Shown piece after piece: positions 1 through 10,839 of a stretch of 64,000 nt of DNA. This DNA is from Pseudovirgaria hyperparasitica (lineage: Eukaryota), in the NCBI GenBank assembly GCA_010093815.1, contig ML996575.1; one strand, 5' to 3'. How positions within the stretch are numbered: the first letter of the stretch is position 1; each line of letters opens with the position of its first letter. The translations under genes were made by a program, and so were the position numbers. Under the pieces are notes generated by a model, which did not search any database, was not told the origin of the DNA, and saw nothing but the letters and a program-made list of their open reading frames with translations.

Positions 1-79
1 ACGAATGTACGAGAGTACTGACAGTCAGATACAATTTTCATTTGCAACTCCCTTACCCTGGAATGCTCCTATGTCAGGC

Positions 80-2653
80 TTATCGGAGAGTAATGGTTTC
101 GATCTGCCGCTCGAGACGTTTGATGCCCAGTTTAAAGCTATGTTTCTCTTTCGTGGAGTCATAGACAGCTTCGCCATCCATCACAGAGGCAATGTAGATA
201 GGTCCCACGACATTGTAAAATCCGTCCCCAAGCGGCCTTAGTATCATGGGCATAGAACAGCCATAGATTATCCAGGCCTCATCTACGATATCATCTGGCA
301 AACAGCAGACTAAAGTCACGTTCTCGGCAATGCCAAGCGCGTGGCTTTGGAGAAGCACGATCCGGCCGGTCAAAATGTCTGATCTGCACATGTAAACATA
401 CATGAGCCGCACTCCGCCATTGAAACTCTCCTTGTCGAAACTACCGTCCTGGTCAGCGGCCAGGAGATACTCCTGCAAGTTATCCATATCCGTACCACGA
501 AGACTGGCCTCTCTGAGGCGGTCACGGAACGCCTGAAACGCAACAGCGAAATCACCTCGATACATTCGGAAATAGGCTTTCTCGTCCTCGAAAGACTTTT
601 CTTTGTATTCGGTCGAGGACCGATACATGAGCGTATACAGCCATTGCGCTGTTCCAAGGATCAGATCGCCTCCAGGAGACAGTGCGTCTAGATGATCAAA
701 TATGTCAAGGATCTTTTGTGCTCTTCCATTCACTGGCGGATAGGCGAACCGGAGTCCGTCGAGTTTGATTGCTCGAACCCGCATACACCATTCGTCATCT
801 TTGAGAAAGCGATCTCGACCCAGAGGACAAGGCCTCGGGCCTGAAGCTTCATGCCGAAATGGTTCGAATTTGGACTTAGTGAGTAGCCCGTCCATCCAAT
901 TCGGAATCCAAGTCGGCAGAAAAGATTGATAAAGAGAGCCATTAGAACCGCGCCACTGGACCTGGTCCGAACAGCGTCGTACATATGGGAGGTACTCGAC
1001 ATAGTTGTGTTTCTTGCAGCGATCTAGAGCGTATCTGAAAGTTCTTGCTATAGTCCAGTCATAGTCCCCATCGGCAAGAAGAGGATCGATGTCGTGCGCC
1101 AGCCCATACAATGCAAAAATACGGTCTCTTGGGTCAGATGTATGAAGTTTGCCCAGTTCGAGAACCAGATTCAGGAGACTTCCTATATATGGAATCGGTC
1201 CACCCTTTGAATCGGCCACGGCAGCTGCTTTCATCCAATCTCGGTAGTCGCGCCTGTACGAGATGAAACTTTTAGAGGGTATCGCAAGACTCACAATGTG
1301 TTTCAACTTCTTCTCCCATCTGCTATTCAAAGCATGTCGCTCAGGATCCTTCGTCGGACTCACATACTCCGTTTTCACCTCTGCAAGTGCATGTTGAAAA
1401 GTGAATAAACCTGTTCCCGTTATGATAGTGCTCTGACAATGCACAACGACATGATTCGCCATTAACAGCTCTTGCTGGGTCCATAACCGAGTCCAATAAT
1501 CGTCGGCCATAATGCCATCCAGAGGATTCCATAGAGATGGATCGTGTCCTAGCAGTACATGAGCATTCTTTGCAAGGGTTGCCATAGTGATCTCTATTTC
1601 TTCCTCCTGTTCTGCAATCGCCTCGAATTGGGCCAGATGCTTGACACATGGCTCCATGGGGTCAAGAAATTGGTCTATCCAGACCCTGACCCATTGAGCT
1701 TGTGTGTATATGCATTTTGTCATACCAACGTACATTTTTCTCTCGTCGCTGTCTCGTTGGTTGATGCACAAGTCGCGGATCCATAGCCGAATTGGTTTCT
1801 CCTCGTCTCTAATGTCACGGAGGGCTTTCAGGGTATTGGGAGCAACCCCTGACCAGTGATGCCCAGCCGATTCGTTGCTACAGCCAAGTAGGACTCTTTC
1901 GCTAGACTTTCCGGCCATATATGACACAGCGTCAAATATCGGTTCTGTGTTCAGGGATACGACGATCAAGTGACCCTCCAGAGGCATATCACGTTTTCCA
2001 GGGGCCAATTCTAGTAGGCGAATATCTTTTGCCCTGACATTGATCGGTGAGTACCGAAGCTGCAGGTTCTCTTTCAAACCATCAAGATTCTGTCGACCAA
2101 GGTCCTCGTATGAGCGCCACATTTCAAAAGGACTCGGCCAGATGTCGATATCTGGGCTTTCATTTTGCCTCAATGTGACCATTCTTCTCCTAAAACCGCC
2201 TATAAAAATTTCCTCCATCAATCGCTGACCCGCGGCATCAGCAGGAGTAAGCATGGGTTCTCTTATAGCACAGGCATGAGCCATGAACTTGTGCACTGCA
2301 GCTTCAAATACTCGAACGCCTGCCTTCTCGCGTGGCGCATCCGACGTCCAGATCAGATTCTCGTATATAGTCGCCGCGTCGTCAATTATCTGTTGGCGCC
2401 CTTGTTGTGAGTCGAAGAATTCCTGGTAGTCAATGTTCCCCTGTCCTGGCCTCTTCGGACTGCAAACACTTTGCCTCGCCCGGTCATGTGCTTCATCCAT
2501 CTCCTCGTGGGAATATACACAACTTATAGGGATATCCGTAATAGCCTCTTCAGATCTAGAATTTGACGAATACAATAATACGATTATGCAGCCGGTACCA
2601 CTATTTTCTAAGATACCCTGCCTGTTAGGACAAGTGAGATGAAAGTTATACAT
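80..2653 (-). CDS. HET-domain protein (HET-6-like), paralog 1; real start may be Met at 2500
   Basis: IRLLEL..G, FDAVSY, LWIRDLCINQ, IY..A..V.VW, YWTRLWTQQE, DPRDRIFALYGL, LPTWIPNW and C-terminal GCSMPMILRP...VGPIYIASVMDGEA typical of HET-6-like proteins. Confidence 0.9.
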   Translation of the reverse strand: MYNFHLTCPNRQGILENSGTGCIIVLLYSSNSRSEEAITDIPISCVYSHEEMDEAHDRARQSVCSPKRPGQGNIDYQEFFDSQQGRQQIIDDAATIYENLIWTSDAPREKAGVRVFEAAVHKFMAHACAIREPMLTPADAAGQRLMEEIFIGGFRRRMVTLRQNESPDIDIWPSPFEMWRSYEDLGRQNLDGLKENLQLRYSPINVRAKDIRLLELAPGKRDMPLEGHLIVVSLNTEPIFDAVSYMAGKSSERVLLGCSNESAGHHWSGVAPNTLKALRDIRDEEKPIRLWIRDLCINQRDSDERKMYVGMTKCIYTQAQWVRVWIDQFLDPMEPCVKHLAQFEAIAEQEEEIEITMATLAKNAHVLLGHDPSLWNPLDGIMADDYWTRLWTQQELLMANHVVVHCQSTIITGTGLFTFQHALAEVKTEYVSPTKDPERHALNSRWEKKLKHIVSLAIPSKSFISYRRDYRDWMKAAAVADSKGGPIPYIGSLLNLVLELGKLHTSDPRDRIFALYGLAHDIDPLLADGDYDWTIARTFRYALDRCKKHNYVEYLPYVRRCSDQVQWRGSNGSLYQSFLPTWIPNWMDGLLTKSKFEPFRHEASGPRPCPLGRDRFLKDDEWCMRVRAIKLDGLRFAYPPVNGRAQKILDIFDHLDALSPGGDLILGTAQWLYTLMYRSSTEYKEKSFEDEKAYFRMYRGDFAVAFQAFRDRLREASLRGTDMDNLQEYLLAADQDGSFDKESFNGGVRLMYVYMCRSDILTGRIVLLQSHALGIAENVTLVCCLPDDIVDEAWIIYGCSMPMILRPLGDGFYNVVGPIYIASVMDGEAVYDSTKEKHSFKLGIKRLERQIETITLR

Positions 2654-2793
2654 ATACGGGTTCTATCCATTTTTCAGCTCTCGACAAGGCCGCACCCGAG
2701 CACCCGAGCCCCACTCGCTATATATGCAACTGACCGTTTTGAGTGGGCCAAGAAACAATGCTAGGATTAGTGACATGCAACCACAGGCGCCTA

Positions 2794-3285
2794 TCCGTCT
2801 GTAACTTTTTCAGCGCAACTCTTGGCACGCGCGGTGTGCGCAACACACCACTTTTTCTCCTATTCTTAAAACTTACCTTTACCCTAATATCTCTAGAAAT
2901 AGAACTCTAGGAAGTTTTTTAATAATATATAAATATACTTCTATATAGTCTCTTACTTTCTATATAAGAAAATTAATAAAAAAAATAGATTAATTAGTTA
3001 TTCTAAGAAAAGCTCTATAAAATAAAGTACTAAGGTATATAGTAGAGAAAATAAGAAAATAGAGATTTTCTCTATTATCTATCTCTTTAAGACTCTTTAG
3101 TCTTTAAAATAACTTAATAAATATTCTTTAGGTATAACTAAAGGTATATATAATCTTTTAATATCTTTTCTAATTTTAATACTAGAGTTATTAAAGGAAA
3201 TATAGGTTTTTAAGAATAAGAGAAAAAGTGGTGTATTACGCGCACGACGTGTGCTAAGAGTTGCGCTGAGAAAGTTACGGACGGA
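2794..3285. mobile_element. Non-autonomous TIR element (MITE, ~490 bp), RIP-mutated
   Basis: ~78-bp imperfect terminal inverted repeats (TCCGTCTGTAACTTTTTCAGCGCAACTCTTGGCAC... / ...GTGCTAAGAGTTGCGCTGAGAAAGTTACGGACGGA), very AT/TpA-rich interior, TA on the left flank and CA on the right. Confidence 0.85.
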
Positions 3286-3480
3286 CACACAGTCCGTACC
3301 TGCCAGTTACCAGATTCTTGACCACGCCGAGGCAAATGGCTAAACTTCCGGAGAATCTATTCCCGGATATTATAAGTTCTATCACACTTGCTTCAGAGTG
3401 TATGAGAGCCCAGTTGTAGTCATAGCCTTACAAATTTCTTCGGTCGGTGGCAAGATCCCGACTCAAGTCACGGCTGCTAA

Positions 3481-6000
3481 TTACCCAAGCATTGAACTAT
3501 CCCATAGGGTTACAGTTTCGATTTCATACTCTCTTCCATTCCAAGTATGTCTCGATGAATTTGGGTCGAGCCCAATAACAGCTTCGCCATCCATGACCCC
3601 TGCCACATAAACCGGTGCAATGACTTCATAGAACCCCGTTCTGTGCGGTCGCAGTATCATTGGCATCGGGCATCCGAATACAATCCAGATCTCATCACCA
3701 TTGCCTGCTGTCTGTTGTGAGCCTTTGACGTAGACCTGGTGTGTTAGACCAAGTAGTTGCCTGTATTCCGTGGTCCCGCTGGTTATAATGAGTGTTCCAT
3801 CATCAAACATGGCGTGATCTGCTAGCGCGGCGAATATGAACTGCGACTCTTTGTCATGATCTGTCAAGTAACCACTTTCCACAGCGTGGTGCACACGCTC
3901 GATCATATCGATGTTATCAGACTTGTCTGGATAGTTGCGAAGAAAGTCGAATAATGCCGTCAGTGCTGCGCATAGTGATCCTTCGTAGTTTTCCAGGCCG
4001 AAATTTGGAGGTGTTGCCAGTGCTAATTCTGTCAGATCATCTGTTCTATGTGCCTTATTGATCGCATATGCCAGGGTTTCTCTCCACTGTCTATAAACTC
4101 CTGTTCGCAGGACGCCGCCTGAGCTCTCGCGAAGGAGAACGTCCAAGATATCGATCCTAAGTGAAGGGTTTGCTGACAGGAAAGAACACGCCAGATCGAC
4201 GTGGGCTAGGCGATATCCTCGAATACTCAAGGTCAATTTCTCAATTGATACCGGGCTGGGTAGAGGTAGGAGCTCTCCTGATGCAGTATACAGTTCTGGA
4301 AGGAAGGACATGTCCAAGTTTACTGTATCCCAGTTTGGAATCCATGATGGTATCATCGCCTTTCTGTAAAACTGTTGGGGAAAAGCATTGTCTAGAGGCT
4401 TATGCCCAGCTTTCCTATCGTCTTGAACTTCATGGTCGCGATGCTCGTTGTCGTGAGGCCTCTTCTTATCGAATTTCTTTCCTAGGACTTCGTTCTCGCA
4501 AAGCTCGATAACATGGTTTTTGACACGTAGGGCAAATCCCAAAAATGCAAGGCTACACCTCTTTTCAACGAAGAAACTGAGTGCACTGGCAAAGACCTGT
4601 GCTGTTGACCATGATGGATCGACATTGATGTCGTTTGGGTTATAGTCTTTCGCAATGCCGAGCAGACCTAACACGCGGTCTTTCGGCTTCGTTACTGCCA
4701 GCGGTCGGCAATTTTGGAGATGATAGAGTAGGGAGCCAGGTTGAATTTTGCGCCACCTATTATCCTCTATAGGATCAGGCATCGCTCGCATGTTCCGTAC
4801 GACGGCGATAGATTTTGCTGGTATCGGCGAATATGCGATGGCGCGAAAAGGGCCATACCATTGCTTGTAGAATGGTTTCGATTCTGTACTGGTCATAAGC
4901 CCCCGTTTGACCACAAAAACAGTCTGTAACACAATGAGGCTCTGTCCACTAATCTCTTTGCTTTTACAATGCAACATCAACGACTTGGCGAACACTATCT
5001 CCTGCTGAACCCACAGGCGTTCCCAATAATCGTGCGACATTATCTTTTCGATCGGTGACCAAAACGTTGGGTCGTCTCCCAAGTCCACTCTCATCTCATA
5101 CTTGAGCATATCCCTGGTCAACTTTGTGAGGTATTTGGGGTGTTTGTCAAGCCTCCATGTTTGCGTCCATACTTTCAGCCTTCTAAAACACGGTGCCGTG
5201 TCGTCGATTTCAATATCGAGCCAAGCTCTCACACGGGTAGCTGAGGTATAGATCTGTTCCATAAGCTGTAACTGGTCTCGCTTCTCGATTTCATCGGCCT
5301 GGTTGATACAGATAGAATCCATCCATATACGGACCGGGAAATCTTCACGTCGTATATCCCGAAGTGCCTTGAAAGAGGTGGGAGAGATTGGTTGCTCCCA
5401 ATGGGTTTGAGGCCCGCCTTTACCGGAACATGGTAGATAAACACTTTCGGAACGTGACCATTGATAGGAAACGGCATCGAATGCGCCGATATCGTTAATA
5501 CAGTGGTTGGTAAGAAAGCCCCGAAGAGGATCTCCAGACTTTCCTGGAAGGACTTCCAGCAGACGCGTCCACATCTGAGCATTCTCAAGAGGTTCATAAT
5601 ATATCTCTAGTTCCTCGTTATAAGGTACTTTAGTCTTAGGGATGACTTCCACCACTGTCTCTGTAATCTCTCTCTCCTCCTCTTCCAAATCCTTCAATAT
5701 CTCGACGTTACTGTCAATATTTCTACGTGCGATTGACTTAGTCTCAGCTAGTCTCGGACCAGGCTCCTTGAGTTGAATGCTCATATGTCTCCTGAGGTGG
5801 TCCTGTTGTGGCAAATGTTTACAATCCCAGTATTCGTCATTAGTAAGCTCTGCGCCTGAGGATGCGTCTTCTTGCTCTTCGTAAAGTCTAGTCAAGGATG
5901 AATCATTACCGAGAGAGGCATGGCGAGGCTCACTTAGTGTCGCCGAGGTCGCGAGCGTGGAATCATTCCATTGTGCTTGTCGGGTAGGGTTGTCTCCCAT
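3481..6000 (-). CDS. HET-domain protein (HET-6-like), paralog 2
   Basis: TRLLEVLPG, FDAVSYQW, IWMDSICINQ, EKRDQLQLMEQIYTSA, YWERLWVQQE, PKDRVLGLLG, IPSWIPNW, GCPMPMILRP...VYVAGVMDGEA. Confidence 0.92.
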   Translation of the reverse strand: MGDNPTRQAQWNDSTLATSATLSEPRHASLGNDSSLTRLYEEQEDASSGAELTNDEYWDCKHLPQQDHLRRHMSIQLKEPGPRLAETKSIARRNIDSNVEILKDLEEEEREITETVVEVIPKTKVPYNEELEIYYEPLENAQMWTRLLEVLPGKSGDPLRGFLTNHCINDIGAFDAVSYQWSRSESVYLPCSGKGGPQTHWEQPISPTSFKALRDIRREDFPVRIWMDSICINQADEIEKRDQLQLMEQIYTSATRVRAWLDIEIDDTAPCFRRLKVWTQTWRLDKHPKYLTKLTRDMLKYEMRVDLGDDPTFWSPIEKIMSHDYWERLWVQQEIVFAKSLMLHCKSKEISGQSLIVLQTVFVVKRGLMTSTESKPFYKQWYGPFRAIAYSPIPAKSIAVVRNMRAMPDPIEDNRWRKIQPGSLLYHLQNCRPLAVTKPKDRVLGLLGIAKDYNPNDINVDPSWSTAQVFASALSFFVEKRCSLAFLGFALRVKNHVIELCENEVLGKKFDKKRPHDNEHRDHEVQDDRKAGHKPLDNAFPQQFYRKAMIPSWIPNWDTVNLDMSFLPELYTASGELLPLPSPVSIEKLTLSIRGYRLAHVDLACSFLSANPSLRIDILDVLLRESSGGVLRTGVYRQWRETLAYAINKAHRTDDLTELALATPPNFGLENYEGSLCAALTALFDFLRNYPDKSDNIDMIERVHHAVESGYLTDHDKESQFIFAALADHAMFDDGTLIITSGTTEYRQLLGLTHQVYVKGSQQTAGNGDEIWIVFGCPMPMILRPHRTGFYEVIAPVYVAGVMDGEAVIGLDPNSSRHTWNGREYEIETVTLWDSSMLG

Positions 6001-6543
6001 ACTTAATAGGTTGCAACAGAAGGGAACAGATACGATAGCTACTCAATGGGGTGATTAACTCTAATGTTTGAAGCAAACTCCGGTTTCGAGACCGCCAGGC
6101 TGAGACGATGCGGTTGCTGCTAGTAAGACACTCGCATGCAGGCAATATGAGATCTGGGATTGGGTGCTGTTACATGCGGCTGCAAGAGCTGTCACATTAA
6201 TCTTTCCTTTCTTGTCATACTGCTGCACAGGTAGGTGTTCAGGGCGTCGTCTAATGCGACAAGCAAGGATTCTGACCATCTGTCATTTGCCTAGAACCTG
6301 ACTCTCTTGGCATTTTTATTTTTGTGCATTTGTTTTACACACCCCTATTAGATAGTTATTCTACCTCTACTTCTATATAAGAGTATATATATTAGAATAT
6401 TTATATAAACTTATAAAGTAGAATAAGACGATAAATCCTATAACTTTTTTAACTTACTAATTTATTTTATAATAAGAGAGTTTAATTACTTAGAACAGAG
6501 AAAGAAGATAGTTTCTAAGAATTAGTAGCGTATTTTTCATATA

Positions 6544-7276
6544 CCCGTCCCACGCACTTAGGAGTTATAACCTCCTAAGTGCTCCCGACTTAAAATATAT
6601 ATATATACTTTAACGGTACTATATAAATAATATATTTAAATATAATAATACTACTATATCTAGAGTCCCTTATACGTACTAAAATAAGAAGGAGAAGATA
6701 TAATCTACTATTCGTGACTTTTAGAACGCGAAATTTAGATTATTAGCGGCCTTAGCGCGTTATTATTACGTTATTATTATATAATATACGCGTCACGTCT
6801 AATATTATAATTATAGGCTTAAAAATAGGCTATAGAAGTGCCTACTATAGGTAAATATAACTAGAATACGAGTAATTAACCCCTAGATAATGTAAGAATA
6901 GGGTTATTGGATAGTAGTGTAGCCAGATGGAACAATGGGGTGTATTCTGTCACAGAACGAATTACTACCGAACCCTTTCGGTAGGAATCCGAGAGTATAT
7001 ATACAAAGGGACGCCGATCTGTCTAGCACGTGACTGTTCACCGCCCTTCACGTCACCTCCTGACCCTGTCAGCTGAGGTACGTGCAGGTCGAGTCCTGCC
7101 TAAGGCTGAGTCCTGACAGATAACTAGAAAGAAGTTAACGAGTAATAAATATATAGTATTAGCTATATAGATGTCGCTATCTTTATTTTATATATATATA
7201 GTACCGTTAAAGTACATATGTATATTTCAAGTCGGAAGTACTTAGGAGGTTACAACTCCTAAGTGCGTGGGACGGG
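6544..7276. mobile_element. Tc1/mariner-type MITE with ~80-bp TIRs and TA target-site duplication
   Basis: TA|CCCGTCCCACGCACTTAGGAGTTATAACCTCCTAAGTG... and ...ACTTAGGAGGTTACAACTCCTAAGTGCGTGGGACGGG|TA; TIR differences are C>T/G>A transitions. Confidence 0.9.
6891..7118. mobile_element. Solo LTR (228 bp) nested in the MITE
   Basis: TGT...ACA ends (TGTAAGAA/TCCTGACA), perfect 5-bp direct repeat GATAA at 6886-6890 and 7119-7123, higher GC than the host element. Confidence 0.85.
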
Positions 7277-7452
7277 TAGGTTATCTTCTTAAAACTTCTA
7301 AGAATTTTTAAAGAGTCTTCTCTATCTCTTTAGAGTAAGTTTATAAGAATAAATAAACTTATAGAAGAATAAGAATATATTTAATTACTTATTTTATTTA
7401 CTTTTAAGACTCTTATATACTTAGATAAGGCGTAAAAGTAGAAAGAGCTCCA

Positions 7453-7487
7453 CCCGTCCCACGCACTTCGGAGTTGTAACCTCCGAA
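7453..7487 (+). repeat. Third, isolated TIR fragment related to the 6544 MITE
   Basis: CCCGTCCCACGCACTTCGGAGTTGTAACCTCCGAA matches the MITE TIR start. Confidence 0.8.
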
Positions 7488-7878
7488 TCAGAAAGATAGG
7501 GGTGAGAACACGTATGCACGAGTGCCTAGGTAGTCAGGTTCTAGGAAAACGACAGATATTTAGGCATAGCCGTCAGTCTCTCCACACACAAAGCGGGGCC
7601 ACAAAGCCGAGAATTTGCCCGTCTGATGCAAGAAAAGAATGTCATCAGTGGCCTAGGCTTGTCATGAATGCTTTCCTCATGCTTAATATGTTTGCTAATT
7701 ATTTGATAATGAAGTAGAGATAAGGCCAAGCCACCCCCGCTGCATGTTACCTGTCAAAATCGCAGATACAATATTTGTTTGTCTTGGTATGACTTGTTCC
7801 CCCTACTATGAGAGTGAGACTCCTCGTACGTATAGTCACGAAGTTCTCCATCTGCTATTACTCATGATGGTACTTCGG

Positions 7879-10357
7879 CTATTTTGCAAAGTGGAGATCG
7901 TAATTCAGCCATTTCCGTGCAACCACGCCAGCCACGTCAAGGCCAGGCTTTCCGTACGTGAGGGGAGCATAGAAGATGAAGACTGCAAATACAAGGGCAA
8001 GAATCGCGCTCGTCGCTATCCATGCTCCAAGAAGGTTTTGACCACCGAGTCTTTCTCTGACAGGCTTGCGGATGGATGCTGTTTTTCTCTTACCTGGGAT
8101 TACGATTGAAACCTCATTCGAGCTGAGTGGCTCAATATTGAAGATAAACTCAACCAGAGCGCCAGTCACTAGAGTGGAAGCCAGATGGGCGGGCAGATAA
8201 TGGTGCAAGAAGAGCTGTCGTCCCATGAGGAAGAACGGAAAATAATGAGCTGCCCAAGTCAGGAAGAAGAAGCCGGTGCTATTGTAAATACGTGATCTGG
8301 TTCCTGACATGCTTGTTAGCTTCAAAAGGCTTTCGATGGCATGACAGATGTCACTCACTGTCATCTAAAGCATCCATTCCTCTCCTGAGTGCGAGTTGAT
8401 CTGCTCCAAGGATACCTAGAAATACTGCAAGAAGGGCGCTGCTAAGCCACCAGCTGATTGGGTTTCCCAGGAAATATATCTGAGAGCGAGTTGAATTCTC
8501 AGTCCAGAAAGAGACCCCACGAAGGAGAAATGGCCATGCGATTGGAAATGATGCGTAGGGATGACTGCTCGTGAGAGCATTGTTGTGGTAGAACATAGCT
8601 CGTTGAAGCTCAAGGTATTTCTTGAGAAATGGCATCCGTTTGGGCTTGCGCGGTTCCCGGATTAAACGATCGCTGTCCAAGGAAAGCGAAGGGATTTCCT
8701 CGACGTACCACGTGTTGCTAGACTGCTGGACGTTTTTGTTGCCATTAATTTCTGCTTGCTTATAGGCCCAGTCAGGAAGAGGGCTAGTGTGTGTCCACAT
8801 GGCTACTCTGGATGTAAAGTGGACGAGTTTAAAGTGTGAAGACATTGTCTTGAACTCCTGACCAGGTTTCGCCCCATCGATCCGAATCTCAAATAAAGTT
8901 TCGTTGTGTCGTGTACCAGCGGCATCTTCAATACTCACAGTTGTAAATTCTTGATTCGTTGGGTAGTACGGAGACGCGACGTCATGGGTCAATAGAATGG
9001 TATCTGTAACCAAATGACGAAGCTTAACAATGTCGCCATGCTTCACCTTCTGTCCAGTTGAGCCAGTGAGAGGGGACCCGGGAAGGATTTGCCAGTGGTT
9101 GTTAGTATCATTGTGAGGGTAACCTGTCACCTGTTGACCTTGACTAGAGATACGTCCGTCATCGTATCGTAGCGGGTATACGTCTGGATGGCTGTGGAGA
9201 TATGTCTTAGTCTCTTTGTGCCTCAAAGTTAAGTGATCATAATATTCGATGTTGACAGAGCTCATGGTCATAAGATTGTCGCTGAGTGTCTCCTGAAATT
9301 CGGGCGTCATAAAATCGTCACCTGGACCAGAGCGGGTCAAAATAGTGAAGTGAACCTGGAACCAGAAGAGATAGAGAATAAAGGGGATTGCAATGAGTCC
9401 AATTGCACGAGCAACGAAGTGCTTGGCAAATTCTTGCAGTGATAAAGCGCCTTGTCGACGATTAATGTCCAGCAAGCTCCACAAATCAATAGCAACCGGC
9501 ACGCCAATGGAGAAGAATGTAAAGACGCCCACGTATTTAGTGGAAATGACACAACTTAGTGCCACGCCTGTGAGGAGGAGCCATTTCCACCATTTCCGGC
9601 CGAAGGCCTCATGTCTTTGCTTGTAGAACTTGACATAACATAATACACTGAGTGCCATGGAAAATATCAGTGTCGCATCCAGGAGTATAAGACGAGTTTG
9701 TCCAATGTGTGCATTGTCGAACAGCATCAATCCAGCTGCTGTAACACAGGCAGGTAAGGAATAACCAGATTCCCACATGATGAGGAACACTGTTGGTACA
9801 GTGAGAGCGCCAAGAGAAGCGGGCATCGCACGGTATGCAACGTAGGGTACATTGTTCGTGATGTATGAATCACCAATGTTGTCAAACAGGAAGTCTCCAT
9901 CGTAGCCAACCAGCCAGCCAGCAAAAGCAAAGAGAAGCTTCCCAAAGGGAGGATGAACGTCGAAGAAGTACATTCGGCGCAGGTAATAAGACGCAAACTA
10001 TGTTGACCCAAAGCGTTAGCTCTTGTGTTCGAAAATGGCTATGTCGTTGCATAGCTGCTGTGCCTGTCCGTCCATCGCCGACGATTTATGGCCTACCTTG
10101 CCGAAGTGAACTTCATCGAACACTACCTGGTCTGGGTGACCGATGGACCAGAATCGTGTCACGAATGCAAGTACTGTAATGATAGTAATGGCTAGCCTAT
10201 AGTCCCATTCTGCTCCCTGCGACGGATGAAGCTCTTGCTTGGCCTTCGCAGCTATCTCTACAGCTGCCTCAGATGCTCCATCAGGCACTGGAGTGGTGAC
10301 ACGCTTCTCTTTCTTGCGTTGCCGTACGCTACCAGCGGATTGTGAGGGGGACGACAT
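7879..10357 (-). CDS. PMT4: Dolichyl-phosphate-mannose protein O-mannosyltransferase, Pmt4/PmtC type (3 exons)
   Basis: VVFDEVHFGK|FASYYL, FFDVHPPFGKL, STKYVG, MIR repeats (YLHSH, LLTHDVASP), SSHPYAS; introns ~10096-9998 and ~8358-8304. Confidence 0.93.
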
Positions 10358-10839
10358 CGGATCTGGCAGTGCTTGCCTGCTCAAATGGCTATGCGCGCGT
10401 TTGCGTGTACGTGTTGTTTAGGGCGTAGGTGAGATTGGACCAGTTGGGGAACATTCGAAGGAAAGGACTAAAGAAGACTTGAGCATAGACCCAACTTGCT
10501 AAATAACAGCTTGCGGGAGACTCATACAAACAAAGGCGGATGATTCTGGCGGGAAAAAGAATGTGGTAAAATTGCAAACGAGATAGCTGTACCTGTGTTC
10601 GAATGGTGGAAGCAACGGACCCCTGTGTGCTTGCTGGTTGGTGCGTCTTGCCCCACAGCGGATTCAATGATCCATGATGGATGGATTGTGGCTGACAACC
10701 TAGGGCTTCCGTATTAACCAGTATAAACCTCATCTCATATTGTCGGAATAGTTAAGCAGCTTCTAACCCCTTCAGTGAACATAAATGTGAAACGTAGAGT
10801 CGCAGCGAGTATTGTTAATATAATTCGAGGCATAGTTTT

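Larger units (their letters stand above)
6340..7450. repeat. AT-rich RIP-degraded repeat island hosting nested elements
   Basis: Sharp drop in GC, TpA excess and CpA/TpG depletion by eye; no ORF. Confidence 0.8.

Noticed and set aside
3097..3288. 63-aa ORF within the first MITE
   Set aside because: Non-ATG start in RIP-degraded AT-rich DNA; no transposase motifs
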